A stretch of DNA of 60,981 bases, filler included, from Sphacelaria rigidula (lineage: Eukaryota): NCBI GenBank assembly GCA_964200075.2. It is 10 parts of 10 records of this genome, joined end to end, with 100 filler letters (N's around TTAATTAATTAA, not from the genome) between each part and the next. Parts side by side here need not be neighbours in the genome. Positions count along the whole stretch, not along the records: positions 24,434 to 30,441 come from CAXNAA020022832.1; positions 30,542 to 36,549 come from CAXNAA020022833.1; positions 36,650 to 42,657 come from CAXNAA020022834.1; 7 more parts are not named here. One strand, written 5' to 3'. Each line of letters opens with the position of its first letter. Position 1 is the stretch's first letter. Positions 24,334-36,818 of this stretch are shown here, piece by piece. A model generated the notes under the pieces. The model was not told the DNA's origin, searched no databases, and was given only the letters and a program-made list of their open reading frames with translations. Made by a program: the position numbers and the translations under genes.

Positions 24334-24433
24334 NNNNNNNNNNNNNNNNNNNNNNNNNNNNNNNNNNNNNNNNNNNNTTAATTAATTAANNNNNNNNNNN
24401 NNNNNNNNNNNNNNNNNNNNNNNNNNNNNNNNN
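24334..24433. other. Artificial contig linker
   Basis: N44-TTAATTAATTAA-N44. Confidence 0.98.
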
Positions 24434-24487
24434 CTTCAGTCCCATATTTTGTATGAACCCCAAAATATAAAATCGGCTGTTAACGTG

Positions 24488-24865
24488 CGCTTGTCGCGTG
24501 ATCGATGGTTGCTTCAAGCAACGGATACACTACTGGCGGTAACGCATATGCCCACAGGATCAAAACACTAATAGGGTTCAGGTCTACCGTACATATGCCC
24601 CCAACGAAAGCTCAAACGGAACCCGTGCACCGCAATTACAAACGGCCTGCGAAAATCTCGGATTGTGCCCGCCAAAGATGTGCTTGTCACATGATCGATG
24701 GTTGGTTCAAGCAACGGATACACTACTGGCGGTCACGCATATGCCCACAGGATCAGAACACCAATATTGTTCAGGACTATCGTACATATGCCCCCAACGA
24801 AAGCTCAAACGGGACCCGTGCACCGCAATCACAAACGGCCGGCGAAAATCTCGGGTTGTGCTCGT
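24488..24865 (+). repeat. Two tandem ~193-bp units; third copy inverted at 26052-26223
   Basis: TGATCGATGGTTG.TTCAAGCAACGGATACACTACTGGCGGT.ACGCATATGCCCACAGGATCA occurs three times. Confidence 0.9.
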
Positions 24866-25210
24866 CAAAGATATATCTTGTGACTGCAAGCTACAGAGAA
24901 AGTCAGGGCTACCTTGCAGTTTGCTATTTCGTTTCATGAGATCTTGTCGGAGCGGAGTGCTACTGTACGTGAAGACGTTCACTAAGTTGCCGATTACCAC
25001 GATGTGTCATAGTAGTGGGCCAGTTAACCGGAGTTGGGCTACAAATTTTCATGGTGACACCTTTTACAAGTTTCTCAACCCCTACCCCTACCCCTTTTGT
25101 GGCGAGAGTAGGTCTGGTGTTGAATCGGCATCAATTTAACTTGAAAGGTGTGTATTATCCAGATGGACTACTCTCGCGGTCCAAGGGCTTAGGCCATCTT
25201 GATTTGATGT

Positions 25211-25281
25211 GATTGGTTGTCGTACTTCACCTGACCCCCCAGGGATCCAGCAGGCGTGTTCACATCGTAGACGTACCCAAG
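25211..25281 (-). mobile_element. Family G 3' end
   Basis: GATTGGTTGTCGTACTT..CTGACCCCCCAGGGATCCAG...AGACGTACCCAAG. Confidence 0.7.
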
Positions 25282-26051
25282 TCATATTCGGGACGACTCC
25301 GTGGTCTCAAGGTATCAAGCCATCCCTCCTCCGGTACACACTTTGCTTTGAGGGTGTAGCGGATTGGGTCATCACGCCTGCACCGCGTAAACTCCCGTCG
25401 AATAATGCAACCTGGATCAAAACGTATGCTGCGTGTAATATCGACTATCGCACCTATTGCGAGAAGCAAAAGATTCCATACTGTACGCAGTACGTATTTG
25501 CACTTTACAGTTCAATGTCGAGGGTGTGGAATAATGAACAGTTTGATGAGAGTCGGTCACCAATGCTCAACGACATTTTTTTCGTGAGATTGAGAGTAGG
25601 GCTCTGACTGAGAGTGGCTGTAATAGTTAGCGTTGACCTAGCCAGTTTATCATCGCGTGCATGTTTTTCTTTGCCTCCATCAATGACCTGTGCTTACAGC
25701 TACACGTCACCATCCTCCTCAGGAATATCAAGGGCCTCAATGGCAAGCTACTAAAGAAAGCATATCGGGCCTCGTGGAGGGGCATTTCGGAAGTGAAACG
25801 ATTAATTCACCAATTGACCGCCTTTCACTCTCAATCTTACTGAACACTTTGAGCCCCGTGGTACACCCTTTGCTCCCAGGGCATTACTGCCAGTATGTCG
25901 TCATCGCAGCGATCTACTTTTGTATTGTAGGGATCTGCATGCCTCAAAAGCAAGCATCCACCCCCAACAACAACCAACAACCTCGCTCTTCGGCTTCGCG
26001 TGGGCAAACACTTCCACGTTATCGAGGTTTAGTTCATATCCGTATATACTG

Positions 26052-26223
26052 ACGGTTTTCGCAGGCCGTTTGTGATTGCGGTGCACGGGTTCCGGTTGAG
26101 CTTTCGTTGGGGGCATATGTACGGTAGACCTGAACCCTATGAGTGTTTTGATCCTGTGGGCATATGCGTTACCGCCAGTAGTGTATCCGTTGCTTGAAGC
26201 AACCATCGATCACGCGACAAGCA
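26052..26223 (-). repeat. Inverted copy of the 193-bp unit
   Basis: Near-identical reverse complement of 24489-24656. Confidence 0.9.
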
Positions 26224-26917
26224 CCCGCTGGTGGCGAAACGGAAAAGCCTAACTTGCTCGTGACAGCAGCTTCGAGATCGGAACAGTAAGGTGTTCCACA
26301 ACCTCCCGCATCACGCAAGACCGACGCGTTGTGAGTTGTGAGTCCAGTTATTGTGTCGATGCGGAGAGACTCGGGTGCCATGTCCGGGGGAAGGGGACGC
26401 GGTCGTTGTGGCGACCGTGAACGGCAAATGAGCGAGGAAATAGCAGAATGTGTGGGCGCCATGGTTGGAGTTGGCGCGTAGACTGCCCGGTGGGTTGTAG
26501 AGAGCGATGGCCTAGCAGAGGTACGTTCTCGGTCGATTGGTGGCCCAGATAAGGTACGATTATGAAGAATTACTAGATCAGGTATACCTCGGCGAAATGT
26601 GACCTACAAAAGGTAAGCGGATTCTGGAGGCAAACTGTCCGTTTTCGCGTGGTCATACGTCTCGAGTAACATGTTATTTTTCCGGTTTGTTACGAGGCCC
26701 GGGTGCCAATGCCCCCCCCAAACGATGTGCGTGAAGAATCCGGAGCGAAAACGATCAAAATGGCGTGTTTGGCTGTTTCGCGTTTCTGGCCATTTTTCGT
26801 ACCTTTCTTGGGCAAAGCACCAGAAGGTATACATTTTCTAGGCCATTGCCCTAATGCAAAACTAAGCGTGGTACGCACACAAAAAAGAGGACACGTCACG
26901 ACCGATCCCGAAGGGCA

Positions 26918-27042
26918 CTTCGCGCTTGGTGATTGAGTGCGAGCCTGGTCCGGCGAATACCCGGCGTGTCCCGTCCCGGCATTGTAGGGATCCGAGGTCA
27001 ATGGTCATATGACTGGCATGCTAATCATGAGTACACCCCCCC
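26918..27042 (+). mobile_element. Family E poly(C)-ended 3' fragment
   Basis: CTTCGCGCTTGGTG.TTGAGTGC...GAGGTCAATGGTCATATGACT.GGCATGC..ATCATGAGTACA-C7. Confidence 0.8.
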
Positions 27043-27974
27043 TTTTCACCTCTTTAATTGCTTTTGGTGAGTTCTGTATTGGTTGAGTGGTTTCCATTAT
27101 TGTACTGCATACCGTGGAACTCTCTCGTGCTGTTCGACTGACAGGCGTTGGTGCGCCTCTTTTTCCCGAGTCCGAAGGGGGAGGCAGTATGTGTGTGCGG
27201 AGCGGTTGGGCAAGAGCAATTATTCCAGACGGGGAGGTGAGGTAGATGCAGCGCTCGCTTCTAAAACTCTCAACCGGAAAGACAAAAATTGAAGAAAAAT
27301 ACCGACAACATATGACACAAAAAAGGCACGTCATGAGCGGTCCCGAAGAGGGAGGCGGCATTCGCGTGCGGAGCGATTGAACAAGAGCGCAATATTCCAG
27401 ACGTGTGCGTCAGGTATAGCTAGCGCTTGCCCCGGGAACTCTTCCATCAAAACAAACAAATAAAAAATACAGACCATGTAATAACAAAGCAAGACAAGGT
27501 GTGCGTACAATAAAAAAAATGAAAAAAAATAACTCGTGGCAACTGTTCCAGTACACGGAATGGTTGTGAATGTACGGCGCTGAGGACGGCGATTCAAGGT
27601 TCCAGACTCGGGGTCAGGAATGGAACGGTCGTCACTTGTCCTTTGCCAGATGAATCCAGGATTAACCAAGAAAATTACCCATTGAACACGCAAAATCGAA
27701 AACAAAGCATGAGGCAAAAAGAGAAGAAAAGAAGAGAAGAAAAACAAGAAACAACAAAGACAAGAACAAATCAAAACAAATGACGCAAAGGCAAAAAAAA
27801 ACGAAACACAAAATCAGGGTCCAAAGCAACAAAAAACCAAAACACAACACGAACAAATACGAAATACAAAGACAAAACACGACGTACAAAATACAAAACA
27901 CAACATGAAACGCTACAAGTACGGGGCTAATCCGTACGAAAAATAATGAAGGGCGGGAGGCGGGGGGAACGCAT

Positions 27975-28225
27975 GAGTCATCCTACGATAGGGGGGGGGG
28001 TTATTTGGTTGCACGAAAAAAGAGGCTCACAAGTGTGTCAGACATCCTTCTACACTTGCGTTGCGCTCGTAGTTGGTTCCAAACGGTGTCAGGCAGTATG
28101 GATGAGCATTATTGATTCATAGCGAGCTTGTTCGAACAACCGTTGCTGCTTTCAACGACGCTCTCACTCGAAATTTCGAGCAACGAATGGCCCAAAATAC
28201 CCCCCCCTCTATCGTAGGATGACTC
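27975..28225 (+). mobile_element. MITE family B (Sola2-like), complete
   Basis: Perfect 17-bp TIR GAGTCATCCTACGATAG / CTATCGTAGGATGACTC; perfect TSD GCAT. Confidence 0.92.
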
Positions 28226-30266
28226 GCATGATTTTCCAACGACGCTGCAATGCAAGACAAGCGACTCGAACGCGGTGCACTACGCAAGGTGAGTGGGGAA
28301 GCGGACTCGGATGAATCATGAGTCATCAGCATCCCAAGCGGTGTCCGTGTTCTGTAGAACGGCTGTTTCGAGTTCGACATGATCGTGTCGTTGGAGGCAC
28401 CAGGATCCCCTCCGAGCGGTAGGCTCCTCGGTGTAGTAAGCATCATCCAAGCGAATCTTAAGGGGGCTCGGGTCATCAAGGAAACGGATAAAGTAGGAGT
28501 GGTCAGACGCAGGGTCGACCAAATGAATTTTTCCCAACCACCACGGTGAATCCAAGGCCGTATACCAAAAATACGCCCCCTTCGGCAATCGTTTTCCGTG
28601 AAAACACTGCATGTATTGTGAACGCGAAAGAAGGCTATAGCCTGTCATAACAAACCGCGCTGAGTGTTCACGTGCCAGTTCCCGAGCGGCAGCTCCCTTG
28701 CGCATCGACCGATATCTCATATTCAACGGGCGGTGTTGGACGGTATCTCCTGCCCAGTACAGCAATATTTCCCGACGAAAATGACGTACTTCAACCTCAC
28801 GCTCCCAGGTAACACGTATGATACCCTTCCAATGTGTTTGATACATTACCGCTATCTTACCTGCACGACCGCGAACCAGTTAATGACCCGAAATCCTATC
28901 TACATCCACGCGTTCCAGGGGTGCGTCCGCATCCTCGACCGTCGTATGATACGGCGGAGGTTTGATCGCATACTTGGTCAACACATACTGGCTAAGCCGT
29001 ACCGGCAGTTGTTTGGACATGCCAGAGGAGTCATGAGGGGGGAAACACGGTTGGCATCGTAGCATCGAGACGCGATTTTTCGGTTTCAAACCAGGTTCAT
29101 CTGTGGGAAAATCTAAATACAAAAGTTCCGCTCCCAACGCACTCTTGACGGGTGCGGTAGCGCTTGGACCAACGGCTATAATTTCCCAAGGACCAGTCCA
29201 ATTCGGGGATAGTTTCGCCTTTACCACTTTGTTCAAAGACGATGATTTCGAGCTAGACCCTTGATTGATGGTCTTCACATCGTTATACACCCATGTCCAT
29301 TGGTCTACCTTCCACACCGGGCGGTTATGCACCACATCATCCAACATCGAGTTCGTCCTGGCCACTTTGGCCAAATTGATTGGGTTCTGTTCTCGTACTA
29401 CTTCATATGCAAGATGAAGACGATTGCTAACCGACAAATGATACTCTACAACATCGCGATCCAGACTCTGATATCCACCTGTATTTTTGCGTTCGAATAC
29501 CATGAAAGGTAACCTAGGCATGCGTCCAATATGAATTTCATTCGGCGACAATCCCGTAGCGGCATTGACTGAATTGTTGTAGTTCATCTGGACAAGGGGC
29601 AGGTGTAGATCCCAGCCCATCTGTCTTTCATTTGCTACAGCAGCAAGCATCTGTGCCATCGTATGGTTCACTCATTCTGTTCCGCCATTGGTGGAGGGGT
29701 GATATGAACTAGTAAAAATGCGATGAGCACCCAAAAAGTCACTGACGGCGGCTGAACGTTTGCCTGAAAAATGCGGGCCGTTGTCAGACAGTAAGCGCTT
29801 GGGCACACCCCACAGTGGGATGTACATGTAGACAAGAATGTTGGCGGTACCTGACACTTTCTACGATAGCCCCCCCCAAAAAAGTGCATGGTTTTGGGAG
29901 GCAAAANNNNNNNNNATGTCGCCAGTATCAGGCGCTTCATGCGGCCTGAAGCCGAACATCATGCGCTGTATGGTCATTTTTTTCGTGACACTTTCAGCTG
30001 GTTTTTGGGGGGGGCTATCGTAGAAAGTGTCCCCTTTCGCGGTATAACTACTGGGGGGGACGGCGTGCATCACCGCATGTCGACTAAATATATCCGTAAA
30101 CAACAAAATATAGTTATTTCCACTATCCGTCAGGGGCAAAGGACCAAAATAGTCCCACGAAACTACTTCATCAGGCCCGTTTGGGAGCGGCATGGAAACA
30201 ATCGGCCAACGAACTGATTGACGAGAAGTTTTTCGCGCCTGGCACAAAAGACAACGCCTCACCCAC
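28226..30266 (-). pseudogene. Ty3/Gypsy pol remnant: integrase plus chromodomain-like C-terminus
   Basis: CLLCQARK zinc-finger end, WDYFGPLP..LLFTDIFSR, LLSDNGPHF, YHPSTNGGTE, WDLHLP..YNNSVNAATGLSPNE, KLSPNWTGPW, then VDRISGH*LVRGR...YQTHWKG....TWERE; has stops, frameshifts and MITE insertions. Confidence 0.92.
29853..30031 (-). mobile_element. MITE family A, copy 3 (10-N internal gap), inside the integrase
   Basis: TIR GACACTTTCTACGATAGC at both ends; flanks ACCT/CCCT; removing it plus one 4-bp copy restores YTAKG-TANILV. Confidence 0.9.
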
Positions 30267-30441
30267 GAGTCATCCTACGATAGCGGGGGGGGTATTTTGG
30301 GCCATTTGTTGCTCGAGATTTCGAGTCAGATCGTCGTTGAAAGCAGGAACGGTTGTTCGAACAAGCTTGTTGTAGATCAATAACGCTCATTCATGCTGCC
30401 TGACAACGTTTGGAATCAAATACAAGCGCAACGCAAGTGTG
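30267..30441 (-). mobile_element. MITE family B, cut by contig end
   Basis: GAGTCATCCTACGATAG terminus; matches the reverse complement of 28050-28225. Confidence 0.88.
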
Positions 30442-30541
30442 NNNNNNNNNNNNNNNNNNNNNNNNNNNNNNNNNNNNNNNNNNNNTTAATTAATTAANNN
30501 NNNNNNNNNNNNNNNNNNNNNNNNNNNNNNNNNNNNNNNNN
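30442..30541. other. Artificial contig linker
   Basis: N44-TTAATTAATTAA-N44. Confidence 0.98.
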
Positions 30542-30959
30542 GACCGCATCAAACACAGTGTCGCGCGGGATTCAAAAAAAAAAAAATCGGTCAAGAAGTC
30601 GGCGTCGATAATCCGAATCTTAGACGCTGCCCGTGACCTGGGTTGGGGAACAAAGTTGCACATATAGTCTGCTGCAGAATCGACAGTTTCGACTCGAATA
30701 TGAGAAACGGCGGCCTCAAATAACGTGACCTTCGACGGTAACGGTTAGCGGAACAAGAACAATCGGGAAGTTTCGAATCGTTATAGAATTGCCTCCTGTT
30801 TAGCTTCCTCACATTTAGCCCGAGTGCATGTTCCATGCGCCTCGTGTGCGGCCTCCATTGCAGATGTGTACGGGCTTCCGAGACGCTGCGAGCACATTTG
30901 ATCTACACACACAGGCGGCCGTTACTTTTCCGTGGACTGCGCGGTGTGTTGTGTCGGCG

Positions 30960-32160
30960 ACGCAACTACTTTACGCGCGACCCAATCCTGTGGCCAACCA
31001 GCTTGCTGTCCAGATGTCGAATGTGCCCGTCCGCCTCTGAACGTCGCATGCATCACCACTTACGGAGCCGCCGGTACACACCCCGCGATGCAATCGTACG
31101 CAGGTACTCAAACATGAGAAGCGCGTGCCGCAGAAGACTACGCACATGTTCATCCAGGAGGGGTCCACAAGAGACTTCAACGCTATGGAAAGCGCCTTTC
31201 GTCGGATCTGCGACATGTTGCGTTAGGGTGACAGCGATGGACGACGGAGGGCCATCCTCACCGGGGACGACGAGACCTTCAGTTGGGTACGAAAATATTC
31301 CTGCCAGAATCCGAGTTCGCGGATGAACTCCTCCTGTGGCCTGGGGATTTCCATATCATGTTCCATCCTGCCAAGGCCATGCTGAAACGTATATGGGGCG
31401 CCGGTCTGGAGTTCGTCGCGAAAGAGCTCGGCAGCGATGACGCCAACGCCGCAGAAGGCACAAACTATCGACACGCCCATCACCAGACCACGGTGCTGTA
31501 CGAGTCCTTCATGATCGTTATCACGGCGATCATGCGACACGAGTTGGGGTCTGCTTTCAAGGAAGGCACGGATGGCGCCGATCAGGTGCGAGATTGGATC
31601 GACCGACGATCGCGCGATCACAAGACTTTCAGGTTTTCGTCGCGATTCCTTCTAGTCGACTACCCCGCCTACTCAGGGGTAGGGATGGGTGTGCGCACCG
31701 GGAATCTAAAGCTGCGCAACGCCTGCCTCCGCATCCTAGCGCCCACTTTTTGCACTACCAGACATACATCGCCGAACATCTCCGGGATGCAACACGGATA
31801 ACGGACGCCGACTACGAGGTCATGTCTGAGCAATTTTCAACGTCACTAGGCGGCGATACCTTCTCTCGCGTGGGGTCGGACGAGCGGCAGGAGATTGCCA
31901 ACCGGGGCTACAAGGGGGCGACGAAGAATACCACCAGGAGCTTTGCGTCAAAGCTAGCCGCTATTGTTGGCGCACGAGAGAGAGCCACAGCGAAAATCGC
32001 GGAAGCCTTCTCCCCCGGAGTGAAGCAGGGCGACACAGCGGTTCAAGTGCGAAAAAAAAGGCACCCGGCCCATACTATGTGGGTGCAAGGGGCGGTGCGA
32101 TCTGGCTATCGACGCGCAAAGCATACCGGTTCGCGAAGGGTTGGAATTGGTGATGGCGAA
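30960..32160 (+). pseudogene. Academ-like (DUF6589-type) DNA transposase, frameshifted
   Basis: Ordered motifs ILTGDDETF, WPGDFHIMFH..KAMLKRIWGAGL, VRTGNLKLRNACLRILAPTF, YQTYIAEHLRD and SLGGDTFSRVGSDERQEIANR resemble my recollection of Academ transposase cores; not database-checked. Confidence 0.7.
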
Positions 32161-34866
32161 TGAAGTTGATCCCGGGGGGTGACAGCGGCGACGAAGCAGA
32201 GGCGACCTCGGATGAAGATTGTCAGTGCCGTAGCAGCACGTCATCGGAGGAGTCATTTGCCTCGTACGGAGAGATGGGCGAGGAAGAAGTGGAATGGTAC
32301 TTGGACCGGATGAACGATGTGTGCAAGAGTGGTCAACGCACAGGAATGATACCAAGAGCTTCGGCGAAGCAGGCTCGCGTCAGTAGTCATGTTCCTCTGT
32401 CCCCCCTCGTTTATTATGATCCCATTGCCCGTGCATCGACCGCAATACTGAAGAACTCTTATTATGTTTGATATTATGTTGGATGGATGGGGCTGCGGTG
32501 GGGTTGCAGTGATTTTAACGTTGCAATCTGTGATTTTGTTAGATACGGGGAGCACAATGTGGCTGTCGTACACGGCAATGGAATCTGGCTGTCGATGAGT
32601 GAGCTACGGGAAACCAGACCTTGTGGGAGTTTCGCGAGCATGCTGCATCCGATTCATGTCGATCAGTCATGCTGCGCGGCGACGCCGTCCGATTTCCGGT
32701 GCTATCGTGAGGGATGCCCCCCCCGTCCCCTCCGCCCCCCCCCCCGGGCTCAAAAAGAACACGACTCAGGCTCGCTGACCCTCTCTGCGTCTTTTCATCG
32801 CCGTGTGTGCTACATTTCGCCTCAGGTGCACCAACAGTGGCGAACCCAGACTGTGAGGCTGCCACGGGTTGTATCGCGGATGGGTGGAGACCATGTACAC
32901 CGCAGGATGTAATGTGGGCTCATGGTTGGATCGGTTGTCCTTCACATTACGCACTTGATATCTCCGTGCAATATCTGCAGACGTGCCCACGGAGGCGGCG
33001 GTGGAGGGGTCAACCGGCGCGATTTCCTCTCGGCTTTTTCCCAAAGGAAGCCCGAGGATTTGTTGGGTATCGAACGACGCCGGCGCATCGTGCGTATTGA
33101 TGTGGGCGGTCGGCATTTTCTCGAACGGTTTTGCGGTCTGAACTTCCCGCCGCTGCGAAGGATACAGTAGTCATACCATCAGGGTATTGAGTGTTGAGGG
33201 CAAGCGTTCTTCCTGCGGACATTGTGCGTCTTGAAGGGGATACCGGCACTTATGCAGGTTCCTCCAATATGTTACTCCCTGGAAATAGCAAAACAAATCC
33301 GGCGCTAAATTGCGAGAGTCATGCGTTCTCCTTCCCAAAAAAGAGTCATCACGGACGTGACCTCTTGCGGTGTCATATCATAGGATGTTTTGGGCTTCAT
33401 TTTGTCTTCGGTGTGAATTTCGGGGATGTATGCAGTAAAGGCCTCGCCCATAAGGGGGCTGGTATCACCTGGAAAAAATACGCCATGACTGTTTATCGCC
33501 GGCGTTGGTCCATGTACGTGTTTCAGTCATTGCGGAACTGCAATATCCGACAAACGGTACATTTCGTTCTTCACAAAGCCCGCCGAAAGTCCTACCGTTA
33601 CGTCTTGACCCCAAGGCCATTTGTGATGAGTCCAGCATTCAGGTGGTTAGCTGTTGGTATTTCGCTGTCGATTTTCAACCGACGAGAGGATTGGGCGGAT
33701 GTTGGCATCTCCGAATGACGAGCTTTATTCGTCGACACCGTTGTAGAGGGCATTGATAACACTTTATTCGTGGCTGAATCTGCACTCTCCATAATAGGGG
33801 TGGTCACGTAACAATAAAAATGAAGACCCGAGCACCTTCGCGTTTCGTGTACACGACAGTTTCGTTTACGGCCGAAGCTGCAATTTTAATAACAAACGAT
33901 CAAGTTGTTGAAAAAAAAAAAGTTTCTTCTTAGAAACAAATTCGATTTTTGTTTTTCTTCATGTACATATTATTGATTTTACCGCTTCTTGCTGAGATAG
34001 AAATTTCGGCCACGACTAGAACCGTGACATGGCCCTAAAACGGAAAAGTCGCTGCAGAACGCCATCAACGAAGATATACGATCGTTCTGAGGTGTCAACC
34101 TCCGTCTAAACCTCATCTTCGGGATAATTGCTCATGTGAGGGCCAAACAGGCGATTTCCACCAAGATACTTTCTTACACGCGATAAGTTGTCAAACAGAG
34201 ATATCCTTCGTGGGTACAACAAAAAAATACGAAAAAAAGGCGTTCGTTAAACCTGACGTTTGTGACGGCATCGACATAATATTTCGCTTGAACACGCAAC
34301 CACAATGGGGTGCGGTTTTGCATCTGCGCGATACCTCAGCCCGCACTGCTTCTTGCTGTACACACCATTAGTACGAGAAACCATCGGAGGGTGAGCTATC
34401 GCACCCAAGACCCGAGGCGATCGCGGATCCTGCAATTGTTGCCATCGTACTGGGTGGCGGGTGGCCGAATGGGTGCAAATAGGACGGCGGTCACTCACCG
34501 CATCTGTGATATGCGGCGTAACCGCACCTCATGTATCTTTCGACGGTTCAGTACTGCATTTTCCAATTTTGAAGGCTACTTTGTTCGTGGATTCCTCCAA
34601 CGTGTCCACATCGACCGGTTTCAAACTTGGCACAAAGGTACAGCACAACACAGACAGCTTATACGCTGTTCGGCGGCACGTGATGGGCAGGGCGCATTAA
34701 ACACAGAGCGAACAGGGATTGTGAGTTATGCCGTACATACGCCCTCAAAACGGCGTGTCTGCAGCCCAGACTGCGTGAGACATCGCTGGAGCATGTGCTG
34801 ACACGCGGGGGCGCTCACTTCCACGTCATGACCTACTACGCAGCTTCTGCGCCGTCAAACAAACAT

Positions 34867-36003
34867 CCACAGGAACCGTAGGTAAGGTGCCGTACCGAGC
34901 GTACACTCGGTATTTACCGGGGTATCCTATACCGTGGTATGCGTGGGTATCGTAGGTATGAGTTTCGAAAATACCTGATTGAGCGGGTGCGGTAGATATT
35001 AAAACCTCGAAATACTGTAGTACCGTAGGTATCGTATGTATGAGTTTCGAAAATACCTGATTGAGCAGGTACGGTAGGTATTGGTATCTCGAAATACCGT
35101 GGTATCGTAAATATCGTAGGTATGACATATGAAAATACTCGATTGGGCGGGTACGGTAGGTACTGGTATCTCGAAATACCGTGGTATCGAAAATATCGTA
35201 GGTATGACATATGAAAATACCCGATTGGTTCGGTATCGGTAGGGTATGAGATGTCCCAAATACCGGTACCGGGTACCTGCCTTACCCTCTATACCGAATT
35301 CGAAACTGTCATCCGGCAGTGCGGAGAAGCGTTTCAGGGCGTGTCTTGGCATATATATATATATATATATCGAAAAATGTGGCGGCAATGGAATTAACTT
35401 GAGCGAAAAGTGCAAATTTTGTCGAGTTGGGTTCAACCGAATTTCCAAGCTTTCGATCGAAAAAAGACAGTGAAACGGTACATGGTCACTCGTGTACAGT
35501 GCAGACAGTCTGCATTGTCTGCACTGCTTGCAAGCAGTGTGTCTCGAGTGCGTGTGTGCGTGTTTCGTACAGCAAGGCTTTCAAGAGAAGCGGGCAACGT
35601 GCGGTGCAGACAGCCCAAGACTGTTAGTTCTCTCTGCTTCCAATGCGACGTGAAAAGGACTTCAACAACGTGCAGCTTTGTCTACCTGCAATGTCCATGA
35701 GCGTGTACGCGCATTCGGTTGCCCACCGTACCACGCAATTCCGTCGCTGATCCCACCATGGAAGAAGATACGCAAGTTTTCGCCAACAAAAAATAAACAA
35801 AGCATACCCAACTACCGCAGCGTATCTATCCCTGTGCTGAACTCGTACTCGATGCCGCAGGGTTCGGATGGTAGCTGAGAATGAGTTGGATGGAGTTAGC
35901 ATGGTTCTGTGAACGGGTGTTATCTGGCGTGGTGGTTGTAAGATAGGAGTCAAGTGCCGCTCGGTGCCGTTCGACCGCATGTTTTCGATCGAGAAGCTTA
36001 GCT
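34867..36003 (+). mobile_element. Repeat family D with expanded ~80-bp GGTAT-rich units
   Basis: Repeated TATCGTAGGTATGA....GAAAATAC..GATTG.GC.GGT.CGGTAGG; collinear with 20638-21965. Confidence 0.8.
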
Positions 36004-36289
36004 TCTTTGTTTTGTGGTTTTTCTTGGCGCGCCGCTAAGTACATGTTGGATTTGAAGCCTTCTAAGAACAGAAATGCGGTGGACTTATCAGATCGAGAAA
36101 GAAAAAGCGAGCGCACTCCAGACTACATAATAATGAGTTCACTCAAATTGATCCAAGGACGCAAATCAGGGGGAATCTGGATGTGTATTACCTGAATACA
36201 ACAAGATGTACCTGCTCCGACAAGTTCTGGACTTTGCATAATAAGTTGGGACGAGCTGCTGCACCGTGGGGAATGCATCGCGTCCGTTA

Positions 36290-36465
36290 TTACCGGGTAT
36301 ACCCCCGGTATTTACCGGGGTATCCCATACCGTGGTATGCGTAGATATCGTAGGTATGGGTTTTGAAAATACCTGACTGAGCAGGTGCGGTAGGTATCGA
36401 AAACTCGAAATACCGTGGTATCGTAGGTATCGTAGGTATGAGTTTTGAAAATACCTGGTCGAGCG
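36290..36465 (+). mobile_element. Family D GGTAT-array fragment
   Basis: CCCCGGTATTTACCGGGGTATCCCATACCGTGGTATGCGT, as at 20680 and 34908. Confidence 0.75.
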
Positions 36466-36549
36466 GGTGTGTATGTGTTGTCGTCCCATTTATTCTGGGC
36501 GCCAGTCTCCCCCTTTCGGGATATGCGGGCGCATCAGCCGGGGTCACAC
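36466..36549 (-). mobile_element. SINE S1 3' end, cut by contig end
   Basis: GTGTTGTCGTCCCATTTATTCTGGGCGCC...GGGCGCATCAGCCGGGGTCACAC matches 20900-20985. Confidence 0.8.
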
Positions 36550-36649
36550 NNNNNNNNNNNNNNNNNNNNNNNNNNNNNNNNNNNNNNNNNNNNTTAATTA
36601 ATTAANNNNNNNNNNNNNNNNNNNNNNNNNNNNNNNNNNNNNNNNNNNN
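36550..36649. other. Artificial contig linker
   Basis: N44-TTAATTAATTAA-N44. Confidence 0.98.
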
Positions 36650-36699
36650 ATGGTCTGATGACTAGGGCAAGCATGATCATGAGTACCCCCCCCCCCCCC
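36650..36699 (+). mobile_element. Family E 3' end with long C-run
   Basis: ATGGTCTGATGACTAGGGCAAGCATGATCATGAGTA followed by ~14 C. Confidence 0.75.
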
Positions 36700-36818
36700 G
36701 CCTAGCCCAACGCCCCCGCCATCCAGTGCTGTCTATGTGTCAGACGGCGATCCACAGCTCGCTCGCCTCCATTTCTCTTCGCTGATTTGCCCCTTGTACG
36801 CTTATACGCACGTGGCAG

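Noticed and set aside
27331..27901. Hydrophobic F/L/C-rich membrane-like ORFs
   Set aside because: Translation of a T-rich low-complexity tract downstream of the Gypsy pol.
34826..35448. Repetitive Y/R/P-rich ORFs
   Set aside because: Translations of the GGTAT-rich tandem array of family D.
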